The translations under genes and the position numbers were made by a program. Positions 13,221 to 35,673 of a stretch of DNA of 64,000 nucleotides are shown in pieces (position 1 is the stretch's first letter; the number at the start of each line of letters is the position of its first letter). Below the pieces are notes generated by a model, which was given only the letters and a program-made list of their open reading frames with translations, searched no databases and was not told the origin of the DNA. The stretch comes from Lingula anatina (taxonomy: Eukaryota > Animalia > Brachiopoda): assembly GCA_051362555.1 (NCBI GenBank), contig CM120640.1, positions 63,714,788 through 63,778,787 on the forward strand, read 5' to 3'.

Positions 13221-14279
13221 ATATGCTACGTATGTATGTAGACGCCCAAAATGTTATAAAAAATAGACATTGCTGGTAAAGCGTATGCAAACGTTCTAAA
13301 CAACTTTTGATTTGTAAGGTATGACAAGGTCTTAAGGCCATCATGACTTTGAAAAGCACTGGAATTAAGTGTACTAAACTTCCGCCACGAACGTGGGTGT
13401 CTTTACTTTTGCGGTAACCGTGGAAATAACATGGTTGTTCCTACGGTGTTTGGTTTTCTTACGTACAATATCGCTTTACACTACGGAGCATGGTAACTGT
13501 AGAAACTGACAGGTGTGTGGGGCTTTGGAAAAGGAAAAAAAAAAGATATTTTACTAGGTTTTATGGTCATAATTTTGCGTTTAGGCGAATAGTAATTGAT
13601 CTTTAAGACCAATAAAGCATAAAATGGCGCTATTTGGGATATTGTAAAACTAATGATATGACAAATATGCTTCTGTGTGTCTTTTTCTTCCTGCATTGGA
13701 AAGGGACAAGTTGAATCACACCCCCCCCCCCCCCCTCCCCTCCCATCCTGGCATACACTTATGATTTCCAGCTTCAGTTAGTGCATGTGCACTTGTTAAG
13801 TATAGGTGCAGGCGGTAATCGGAACAAGACAGTAGTTTAGGAACTACATGTAGTTGTTTTAACTCTTGGAAATTAAGGGAAATAATTTGTACATTTACAG
13901 GTGAATTTGTGATATTGCAATAATTAATTTTATTTGCATTTAGGCTGCTTAATTTACACAACAATGACAGGACGTTGTAAATGACGTTTTAATGATCGAT
14001 AGAAATTGTAACCGACTGATTGTTACCAAAGAAATCGTGGCAAACATCCCTAAACAAATATTTTGCGACAAGGTTCTATCGTTTTTATGATCATTTTGCG
14101 TTAATTCATTTAGTTTGAAATAAATAACAGCTAAGGAAACATTTAATTTTTAACGACAAACATTTTTTTTTGGACGGAAACACGCAAACACGCCTTCATT
14201 AGTGCTGCAGCTGTTGTTTTAACGTATTCATAATTCACAGTTGGAATGACGATTGGATTTTAATGACGCCTGCAATAAC

Positions 14280-14287
14280 TATAAAAG
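14280..14287 (+). promoter_or_regulatory. Candidate TATA box of the small secreted-protein gene
   Basis: TATAAAAG followed ~55 bp later by a strong donor (TG|GTGAGT at 14342). An acceptor at 14946 precedes the ATG exon. Confidence 0.45.
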
Positions 14288-14969
14288 CTGAACGTTCGTT
14301 TGATAATTCTATAAACAATTTTCCGGACACAGATTCAGTTTGGTGAGTATAAATACTAATAATAGTACCTAATCAAAACTTAATAAATTTGTAGTCACGC
14401 ATTTAAATCCTGACTGACATTCGCGATTACCTTTATGGACCCTTTATGGTACCAATATGCTCTCGACCAAAAAAGTTCAGAAACATCGTTATTTTTAATA
14501 ATTATATATATGAGCTAAGGTAAGTATTTTAATCAAATATTGATGGATAATACACCCACCATTCGTTTATTTTTGAAATTTTGCCAGAAAAGGTATTTTG
14601 TGGGATTTACAGCGACATTTATGAATGAAGGGTCAAATTTTATTTTCACAAATAATGCAAATGGAGTAACGAAACTTTGCCATTTCCATGACAGTAAAAA
14701 CTTTATTGACTTTTCATTTCCATGACAAAGTTTGAGAAAGTCTTGACAATAAACAGTGGAGGCTTCGCGCGAAAATGATGCTGAGCAACCCCAAGACTTC
14801 ATTTTAACTGTATCCTACATGCTGATATTTTATAATTATTCAAAATAACGATGTTTCCGAACTTTTTTGGCCGAGTGTATATCACGCAGATGTGACAAAT
14901 ATCAAAGTATCAATTGCCAAATTCTGACTGCTAAGCAATTTTGCAGATATTTGGGATCAGGAATTCAAA

Positions 14970-16818
14970 ATGAAGTTACCAAATCTAATCTTTGTGATAG
15001 CGGTGTGCATATGGGCGCTAGTGCTGGAGGCTGAAGCAGGTAACGTAAGCAAAGGTATATAGGAGGCCAATAAATGGCGCGAAATTATTCTATAAAAGGG
15101 GATTTAATTGCTTTTCCGATAAGTTTCCCCCAATGCTTTATTTCAAATGTCAAATTCACAATGAATACAATTTTTAAAATAGACTTGATCCCCTCCTTGG
15201 TCATCTAAATTCAGAATCTAGAACACCATGGTCTAATATGAAATTTTATGGCTACGATACGTATTCGTTAGTGATACTTATGCGAATTTCTCCATGGAAC
15301 GGATTTTTATCAGCACCCATATATGCATGCACAAAGTTAACTTCTTAAAAATTGCACAACACTGTATCGAAAACCGTTTTTCAGATTGTTATTTACTTCT
15401 TATTTTCCTTTGTCCCTAGCTGGATTAATTGCCGTTTTCGCCATTATGAGCCTCTCTACGTAAGCTAGTAATTCAATGATTTTTAAAGATAACCAATCAA
15501 TTCAAATTATGCCAACACAGCGTGTTCAAGCCATCAGATAAACTGTCCATTTCGGGGGCGTCTACTTACAGGGCCCCTGCATACTTCACGTGCACACCGT
15601 ACACATGTGCTAACTTAATTCACATATAATTTCAGTTTGTGTTTTACTGACTAGTACACTTGTTTATCTAATTAACTTTCTCTCTGCCTTTGTAATTTCA
15701 CTTATATTACATATTGGTGTAAATTGTGTGGTATTTATACAAAAGTCATCCTTAAAACACCTTTAAAAGCTTTCAATGACAATTATTGTAAAACGGCAGC
15801 CTGTCTCTAGTTTTCTTTTTTTTTATCACTATTAACGACATTTAAACAAGAAAGAATTCCCTACGCATATTATATTAATTTAATATTACTTGCTATTTCA
15901 ATATTTCTTAATTTTAAAGTTTCAGGGGACTGTAAAAAAGGTCGCAAGAAATGTTTAAAAGTGTTGAAGAGAGACATGAAATTATTAAAAAGAAACAGAT
16001 TGTCGACATGTCAAATGTAAGTTATTTCAACCCAGGACCCCAATATACAAATATTGCTGTATATAAGCTCCTAGCTTTATTAAAGGGATAATAACTCTCG
16101 GCCCAAAAAATGAATTTTCCTGGATTAAACAACAATTTTCCCATACTTACCAATGGTTAATGAATCCATTTTTACATTCAAAGTTAGTCCCTGTTTTTTT
16201 TCTAAAAAGTTTGGTTTTTTGTTAAAATCTCTTAAGATTATAGCCAGAGTATAGCCATCAATGAGGGACACGTGGTCTAAAGACAAGCTCAAAAATCAGA
16301 ATAATAGCTATAACTGCCGTTTTTGTGGTAAAACAGAATATATTATATTTCTATGAGTTATTCACACTGTTTTTATTGTGGAATATAGATCTCATACAAA
16401 GAGTTATTATCCCTTTAAGCGTGTACGTGTACAGTTGTGGATAAGCAATTAAAGAAGGATGAAAAATTAGGGAAGTTAGAGGATAATGTGATGAGACTTT
16501 TAAACGAAGGCTTTAATCTTTTCACGAATGCTGGTCCTAATGGTTCAAAGAACACAGCGCTCCTTTTTTTGAAGTTGTTTCCAGACAAAATTCGGTTGTG
16601 CGGACTTATTTTCTTTTTTGGGAAGGGGGCTCTTTCCTGCATGGCACATTATGAAATAATATGAATTAATGATACAGATGTACATTTACATGCGCATATA
16701 TATGTACAGGTGGACTAACCAGGTGGAATGCTTTGAGAATGTTCAGGGTTGCAAAGATGAATTCGCAACAGATATTGAAGAGTTCAAATACATGGCCGAA
16801 TGGGGATGCGCCAGTTAA
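14970..16818 (+). CDS. Orphan small secreted cysteine-rich protein (~90 aa, 6 Cys in the mature part)
   Basis: Exon 14970-15039 encodes a signal peptide (MKLPNLIFVIAVCIWALVLEAEA). Exon 15920/15926-16016 encodes GDCKKGRKKCLKVLKRDMKLLKRNRLSTCQ. Exon 16710-16818 encodes MWTNQVECFENVQGCKDEFATDIEEFKYMAEWGCAS*. Phases are compatible. There is a post-stop donor at 16833 and AATAAA near 17583. The first junction has two possible solutions. Confidence 0.7.
16084..16414. mobile_element. MITE with TTAA TSD, Kolobok-like
   Basis: TTAA|AGGGATAATAACTCT ... AGAGTTATTATCCCT|TTAA. Confidence 0.85.
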
Positions 16819-17779
16819 ATTCATATTTTCGAGGTAAGTTATTATAAAGGAAAACGACCCATTGCAATAGTCACTACGAGTGAAAGAAGTGTTCATTTAC
16901 AAATGCAGTATTAAAGATATTAATTATCATAAAACATTTGATCTACAACGTGTATTGCATAGACATATAAAAGGGATAATGCTCCAAATTAAACTCAAAC
17001 TGCAGGTACGTTTTATCCCGTGTCACATTCTATTTTCTTCTCAAAGTGCTGACCTTTGACATGTCAAGTCCATGTCATCGAGCAAATCATTTGTAATAAC
17101 TATCGCTAGAGTTGACTTTAAGCGGTCAGTTTTCTTGTTCCTCCTTAATTCTTATTTGTAGATAAAATGAGTATATGGTAATACCTGCATGATGATGTTC
17201 TAAATCTACTCCACAGGTTGTAACCTACTTTTGAGGGGTCTTTCTACGGAAGATTGGTTAAGTTCTACCCATGGAAAATCCCGCTGCTACGTACCAAAGA
17301 AAAACATCTCTCCATTGTTCCGTTTCACAAGCTTTCTGTCATGACCAAATTGACGAGTGACAGCACGCAATATGAGTGTCGATGATTTCTTTTTAAAATA
17401 TACAATTTGTGAACAAAGGATATACTTTAATGTATTCAGACCTAATGAAGCATTGTTTGCTGTTCCACCTTCAGTGCATAAAATAGCTTTATGTATACCA
17501 AGCTGTCGACGTGATGTTTAATTAAGTGTCAAGCGTTTCGCGGATTTCCAATGTTTACTTAATTAGAGAATATCGTGTGGAGAATAAAAAGGTACGTTTT
17601 ATATAAATATTTTCTCCACTCAATTTTACGCCAATGATATATATATATTGGATGGGGTTCAGCATATCAATAATAGCACAAAATATGCCATTATGAACAT
17701 AATATTTGGTTATCAATGCTGAAGTGGAATCTATTTGGACTTGGAAATATCGTAGCCCTTCTCTTCTGTGTTAATTAGA

Positions 17780-18012
17780 CTGGATCCCCATGCCTAGATC
17801 GATCTAACTGGATCGACCCATATCCAAGGGGTTTCTCGCTTAATTGCTTTTAGTATAAGAGGTTTAGATGTCTGGCACGCCTACTGAAGCCGCTTAATGA
17901 TAGCAGCTTCAGTAGGCGTGCGAGACAGCTAAGCCGCTGAACTTGATAGCAATTTAGTGAGAACCCCCTTGGAGATAGATCGATCTAAAGTTAGCACGAT
18001 AGTCTCTGGGAA
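17780..18012. mobile_element. Palindromic MITE family A, copy 1
   Basis: Self-complementary (tccaaggggtttctcgct..cacgcctactgaagc pairs with gcttcagtaggcgtg..gagaaccccttggaga). Homologous to 35426-35673 and 60347-60587. Confidence 0.75.
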
Positions 18013-19618
18013 TGGTCTCTTAAATAACAAAATGAAGTGAATCTACAGTTCGAGCCAACACAGCCGCTGTCTTATCTGGACAATGTTCTCCATGCTACAT
18101 TAAGGCCTTTCTTTACATTTTGAATTCAAGTTACAGCTAATCAAAAGGCGATCGAGTTGCCGTTCAGATCGTGGCTTCAAACTTCGCATATTCCATACTA
18201 GATACACTCAGCAATTTCAAAGGATGTGTGCCTTTTTCTGAAACAGTGGGCCCTTCTCTCATGCTTTTTACACTTTTGTTGAAACAAATTGAGAAATGGA
18301 ATAGAAAGTAGATAAAATTTTGATTTAGAGCGGACCTTTTCCGGTCAAAGGGCAGTTTTAAACAAAGACGTGGAACATATCTGTTTAATCTGGTTATCTA
18401 ATCAACCCACATTAACGTACAGAGTAAGTAGACTTTTCAGGACCACGTTAGATCACCCCATGAAGGACATTGACATGTGAAGGACCATAATAGCGCCTCT
18501 CGGTGCCAAATAGAGCCCTGGGAGCCAAATTTGATCCGAGGACCAAATAAAAGTCGTACCAACCGTGCGACCCTCACAATACCATAGTTAATGTTTTCAG
18601 AACAAAAACAAGTCCTGCTAATAGGACTTTCTTAGACCACGTTTGATCAGCCCGTGATGGACATTCAGAGGTACAAGATCAGAACAGAGCCTCTCAGATT
18701 CAAAGTAGAGCACTGGGACCAAATTCAAACCAATGACCAGATATGAGCTGTAAAAAAAAAAATAAATAAATAAATAAAAAAAGAAAAAAAAAATAACCCG
18801 ACCACACTGCTTGGCAAAAGGAACCTTCATTTTTTGCCAAGCAAAGCCACTCGATATGTCGATATGTTCAAAGTAAAACAAAAATACAGCTTTAAAGTTA
18901 CTGGGTGAACAACAAATGTGTGACAGGCAGAGAAAGTGAAAAAAGTATATGCGGATGCATACCAAGTCCATATATAAAAATATACTTCAATATCTCTCTG
19001 AAGCTGATATTTTCTTCAGAATCAAATATCAACTATATAATTGCACAATAGTTCATCACTTACATCACCAATTTTCAGTATAAACCAAATTAATTCAATT
19101 AATTGAAAAATATTTAAGTTTTCAAGAAGTTGGGACTCACTATTTCAGGCCTCAACATTTTATTTATAAACTTGAGAATCTACAGTTCATATCTGATGCA
19201 ATAATCAATACCGCTTGAATACACTGGTTCTTTGTGATTACAAATGTCAGATCAATATTATAATTGTAATATTCCACTTTATGAAACAGGGACAGTTAAC
19301 ATTGTTACACTTACTGCTACTCCCACAGTAACTTGTGCAATTTCCAATGGCCAAATATCTTCAAGAATGTGTTATTAATATTTGATATTTCATATTCAGT
19401 TTATTTTCCAACTACTTTCTTTCTAACTTAAACACTTTATAAAACAGAATCATGTTAGACTGTGGCATGAAGGTTTAAAAATATTTGATTTCTACAGGAG
19501 GAATTGGTCCTGCCATATATGATACAAATATAAGAGAGTAAAATAGCTTGCAACATAGGCATTAATTTACAGTTATGAAGCCATCAATACAGCCTTGTGA
19601 TTCAACCCAGTAGCTTTG

Positions 19619-30205
<10,587 letters not shown>

Positions 30206-30444
30206 CTCTCACCAGTTTCTCGACACTCGAGTCGCAATAATAAGCTGAAAGAAGGTCAAACCTTCACCCTATTTATGATGGTTTATGCCAGCTTTGTTCA
30301 CCTCTTGCGCTACTCCAGGCGATACAGAGTGGCAAATCAATGCGGAAACTTTCTGTAGCTTTACTATTTCCACAGTGGGCAGAAGCTAGGCTCAAGCAAT
30401 TATATACGTTACGAAGCTTTGTTATAATAACTTTCAGCACTCAC

Positions 30445-31048
30445 TGTCTCTTATGTTTTGGTAGCCATTTACGATGAAGTGCTCATGCGCTATGACATTG
30501 ATTATGAGGAGTGGGCATTATTACAATAAATTTACAATTATTTTCAAACACTTCTCTACTATTTGTTATCCAAGAGATATTTCAAATTGTTAAATGTTTT
30601 TTATTTATTCATTTCACACTTAACTGTTCTGTTATTTTTTTATCTCTACTACCGTTAATGACTCCATGATACTGAAATACATGAAATAGATATGCATCCA
30701 CACTATGCTCCCTAAAGGTCAAGGCCGTTTACGCAAGAAGGCAACGTGTAGTGTATTTCTTAGAGAGATGTGACTCGAGCTTTCCGTGATCACAGTCAGG
30801 TCCACGTGCTCAGACATTTCTCGGGAATGTTTAAAATCGAGCATTACTCTGAGTGAAGTATAAATGAATAAGAATATAAAGACATTTTGTTTTACCTGTT
30901 TTAATTGTAAAAATATAAATACAGATAACCACAGAAGTACATTGTTACATATGTGTATGATTGAGTGCCCGGCTGTTTTGGGATGTGAGGGTTGTTGTAC
31001 CCCATCATTTTTTGTCGCCTGGTTTGACTTTATAAGCGATCTGTGATA
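30445..31048. promoter_or_regulatory. Bidirectional promoter region between CLPX and POLR3G
   Basis: Head-to-head genes less than 1 kb apart. Candidate CLPX UTR exon with donor GTGAGT at 30444. NRF1-like GCTCATGCGC at 30481 and E-box CCACGTG at 30802. Confidence 0.55.
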
Positions 31049-34000
31049 ATGGCGGGTCGAGGTAGGGGAAGAGGCCGTGGTGGAGGTAAAGGGATGTCAT
31101 TTTCTGTAGAGACACTAGGGTTTGGTCGTGGTGAAGCACTCCCAGCTCCAACACTTCAGCCGCCCCCTCTTTTCCCGGTGAGTGTTAGCACGTGCGGTCG
31201 TTTCTTCTGTTTGTTCCACCGTTAAAGTTTATAAGGGACTAAAACATCTATTTATTAGTCCATTGTGAGAGCCACGTAACAGTGTCCAGGATGGCCGTGA
31301 GAGATGTTAATACTGACCCCCCTTTCTTTAAATTAAAAATGTTTAAAAATGGTAATAAAACGAAAATAAGTAGGAAAGTTACAAGTGGGTGGCATTTTGA
31401 TCGCATTTGATCTTTAGGCAAAGCAAACAAATGTTTGATGAATTAAAATACGTTTGCAATTATTTTTTACAGCCATTGGAATTCAAACCAGTTGCTCTGA
31501 CAACTGGCGAAGAGATGGACTATATTTTAGCATTAAAACAGGAGTTCAGGGCAACCATGAAAGAACTACCTTATTATGTAAAAGCACAGGAAAAGAAGAA
31601 GGACATAGAGAGGTACACTGACAAGTACCAAACTGGGCAGCAAGACAGTAGCATTAACTGGGAGCCTGGTAAGTACAAAAAATTAACCATATTTGAGTTA
31701 ATGCCTAAGAGACCATTCAGAACGTATGATCCACGGACTAACTGATCTGTGGACTACGTATGGCCAACCTTACTTCAAAAGCAATGCTGTTAATTGTACC
31801 ACCAGCGTTAGCGCTGGCGGTACACATGGTTTCGGTCCCGTCCGGATCGTTCCGCCGGCTCCGTTGGCTCCGCCGGCTCCGCCGGACGGCTACCGTTACC
31901 GCTTCTCCTCCTAGACGGTAAGGGCCCCCGTACCCATCTCATGGATTTAGGTCACCTATAATCTCAACTCGTTCCACGTAAAATTTGGGCTTTGTCGGTA
32001 TTGGGGTCTGTTTGTGGCACTCATTGCAATGCACCCTTGTCTAAAAATGGCAAAATTAAATGCTAATTATCTACCCTACGGAAGGAGTTATGGAAAAAAT
32101 TTCTATAGATGGCTTTCCAGAAGTCATATGTGTAGATTTCAAATATACCCTTGGATTTGACCTTTGACCTCTACTTCAAGGTCAAATGGGCCAAAATTTT
32201 CAAAAAAATGAAATTTTTTACGAAAAAAATTTTTTTTGCCCTGTTATTCAGACACCACACAGACTTAACCAATAATATTATTGGAAAGTGTTACCCTTCA
32301 GGTCATCTTTCATCTCCATGAATTTGGGGTCAATCGGTGCATTTTCACGGGAGTAGCGGCCATAAGATACCAAAACTGAAAACTGTCTCTAATTTGGGAA
32401 CTGTTAATGCTAGAGACCCATTCTTTTTTGCATTTTGTAGAGCATGTAAAGCCCAACACTGGAGGTGGTCTCGGTTTTTTTGTATTCCATACGGTTTTCG
32501 AGTTACGCTGTATCAAAAAGTACATATTGGTGGTAAAAGCAAAATGTGCAGTACGGTAATGGATAATAAATTTTGAACTCTGGAAAAATAAAACATAAGG
32601 CTTGGCAAAGCAGACAACTTGTGTTCAAAAATGACATTATTTCATCAAATTTGAACTTCTGAAACTTCAGAGCACCTCCTATTTCAAGAATTTTGACCAA
32701 AATGACATTTTCTTTATTTTAATTAATTTTTTCTGTACGAAATTTAAGGCACATTATGGTAACTCCAAAATTATAACATCTAGTCCCTTATATCTCCAAA
32801 ACTGGCAGAGATAGGTCCATAGTTACTATTGAAGTTGAATAGGAAGTCATATACTGGCAATCTTACTATGACCTTGAAATTGACCTTTGACCTACTTTTC
32901 ACCATGAACTGAACTTTGCAAATTTTTCTTCCCTTTTATCTCCAAAACTGGCAGAGATAGGTCCATAGTTACTATTGAAGTTGAATAGGAAGTCATATAC
33001 TGGCAATCTAAATGTGACCTTAAAATTGACCTTTGACCTACTTTACACCATGAACTGAATTTTGCAAATTTTGCTTTCCTTTTATCTCCAAAACTGGCAG
33101 AGATAGGTCCGTAGTTACTATTGAATTTGAATAGGAAGTCATATACTGGCAATCTATATGTGACATTAAAATTGACCTTTGACCTACTTTTCACCATGAA
33201 CTGAATTTTGCAAATTTTGCTTTCCTTTTATCTCCAAAACTGGCTGAGATAGGTCCGTAGTTACTATTGAATTGAATAGAAAGTCATATACTGGCAATCT
33301 AAATGTGACCTTAAAATTGACCTTTGACCTACTTTTCACCATAAACTGAACTTTGCAAAATTTGCTTCCCTTTTATCTCCAAAACTGGCAGAGATAGGTC
33401 CATAGTTACTATTGAACTTGAATAGGAAGTCATATACTGACAATCTAAATGTGGCCTTTAAATTGACCTTTGACCTACTTTACACCATGAACTGAATTTT
33501 GCAAATTTTGCTTCCCTTTTATCTCCAAAACTGGCTGAGATAGGTCTATAGTTACTATTGAACTTGAAAAGGAAGTCATATACTGGCAATCTAAATGTGA
33601 CCTTAAAATTGACCTTTGACCTACTTTACACCATGAACTGAATTTTGCAAATTTTGCTTTCTTTTTATCTCAAAAACTGGCTGAGATAGGTCCGTAGTTA
33701 CTATTGAACTTGAATAGGAAGTCATACTGGCATTATAAATGTGACATTAAAATTGACCTTTGTCCTACTTTTCACCATAAACTGAACTTTGCAAATTTTT
33801 CTTCCCTTTTATCTCCAAAACTGGCAGAGATAGGTCCATAGTTACTATTGAAGTTGAATAGGAAGTCCTATACTGGCAATCTAAGTGTGACCTTGAAATT
33901 GACCTTTGACCTACTTTTTATCATGAACTGAACTCTGCTAATTTCTTTCTCTTTTAACTTCAAACTTGACAGAGATAGGTCCATAGTTACTCTTGAACTT

Positions 34001-35312
34001 GAATAGGAAGTCATATACTGGCAATTTACTGTGACCTTGAAATTGACCCTTGACCTACCTTACGAAGAACTTAAATTTGATTGTACCATATATGTTTTTT
34101 GCAATAGTTAAAAAATTCTTGTTGATTGCATTTTTACAGCTTGTCAAGCACAAAACTGGTGGCTGTGTCCCTTATTTTGTGTATGTGGGGGTCTATACAA
34201 ATGCGTTTGCTCCAGCTGGTGGTACAATATTTGGAGGCGGTATCGCCTCTCTGATCCTCTAGTTTCCTAATGGTCTCCTCACTTCCACATGCACTGTTGC
34301 CATTGGAACCTAGATTTAATTTGTTTTTAATTAAAATTGCACATTTTGAAATATTATATTCATATTATATGTAAAGTCTACTATATCTTACAGACAAAGG
34401 ATAATGTTATGAGAATTATTTTTCAGATTGGAAAAGATTTCCCAAAGAACTCAAAATACGAGTCAGGAAAGCAGCTAAAATACAAGCAGTAGTTAGACCT
34501 AGTCTTCCAAAGAAGACAATTAGCAGGAAAGCTGATAAAGATGTTCTACAGACTTTAGAGGTAATTTGTATTTTTGTTGATTATTTACAAACTTGTTCAA
34601 CATTTCTGGTCTTATACCAGGATTTAAAATCAATCAGAAATTCCCAGAATAATTAAGAAATGAAATACATATTGGTTTATTTGAATACACTCAAGGAACA
34701 CCACTTCTGTCAGTTGAATTACCCAATACTAAATGGTGAATTCAGGTCTTTACTGTTGTAAAATTTAATAAGAATTGGTCTCAGACACTTCTACTACTGA
34801 TGATAAAAGAGTTATGAATGTTTGTAATATTTCTGCATCCACTTATTATACTTGTTTTTAAATTTGACCCCCAGGAACTAGAAAAGAAGGCTGTTGAAAT
34901 TGATGCTGAAAAAGATGAAGAAGATGAAGAAGAAAAGAAAGAAGAAGATGGTGAACAAGAGGAAGAGGAAGAATATGATGAGGAAGACCTGGAAGAGGTT
35001 GGAGGACATTTTCCATCGTTACTTCTTGATAATTTTTTCATGGAGATCTTATGCCTTGGAATTGTTAAATAGATATTTGGAACTTCAAGGATTGTTCTTG
35101 TTCTGAAATTGAGGTATTATACAAGCAAAGTTACTATAACACCAAATTGCAAAATTAGGATTTTAGCACTTCTTTGCCCCACAAATTCATAAAAATTTCC
35201 CAACCCTTTTGTCTTATAGGAGACTGACTACAACTTGAATTATTTTGACAATGGGGAAGGTTATGGTATGGAGGATGAAGATGATAATCTTGATGATGGA
35301 CCAACCTATTGA
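31049..35312 (+). CDS. POLR3G: RNA polymerase III subunit RPC7 (POLR3G/POLR3GL-like), 5 exons
   Basis: Exons 31049-31177 (MAGRGRGRGRG..ETLGFGRGEALP..PPPLFP), 31473-31668 (PLEFKPV..YILALKQEFR..DIERYTDKYQ), 34427-34560 (DWKRFPKELK), 34875-34997 (acidic), 35220-35312 (ETDY..YFDNGEGYG..DDGPTY*). Confidence 0.95.
31790..34265 (+). mobile_element. Helentron-associated (HINE) element carrying a ~146-bp satellite array, in POLR3G intron 2
   Basis: 5' subTIR TTGTACCACCAGC with palindrome, GC-rich CCGCCGGCT microsatellite, tandem units, 3' subTIR GCTGGTGGTACAA, hairpin GAGGCGGTATCGCCTC, terminal CTAGTTT. Confidence 0.85.
32790..34058. repeat. Tandem satellite, ~146-bp unit, about 9 copies
   Basis: atctccaaaactggcagagataggtcc..gaataggaagtcatatactggcaatc..gacctttgacctac recurs at ~32792, 32938, 33084, 33230, 33375, 33521, 33667, 33811 and 33957. 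Confidence 0.95.
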
Positions 35313-35425
35313 TGTGTTCTGGCCGTTTTCAGTGTTTCAGGATAAAACCAAGCATACTAAGTACCACTACCCGGAGAAACCTAATCTTGGGCTCACAGGC
35401 CAAGGATTGTTGGTCTTGATACAAA

Positions 35426-35673
35426 GGACCCTATCAGACTCAATCATGCTAACTGTGGATCGATGTATTACGAGGAGATTCTCGCTAAATTGCAATCAAC
35501 TTAAGCTGCTTAGATGTCTGTCACACTTACTAAGCTGCTAGGGTTAATTAATTATCATTTAGCAGCTTCAGTAGGCGTGCCAGACATCTAAGCCACTTAA
35601 GCTGGAAGCAATTTAGCAAGAAACCCCTTGGAGATGGATCAATCCTGTTAGATTGATCTAAGTATGGGAACCC
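35426..35673. mobile_element. Palindromic MITE family A, copy 2, in the likely POLR3G 3' UTR
   Basis: Reverse complement of 60347-60587 and self-complementary. Confidence 0.8.

Noticed and set aside
32790-34058. Regular repeat array that could be mistaken for CRISPR
   Set aside because: Whole 146-bp units repeat with no unique spacers, there are no cas genes, and it lies in a eukaryotic intron inside a HINE.
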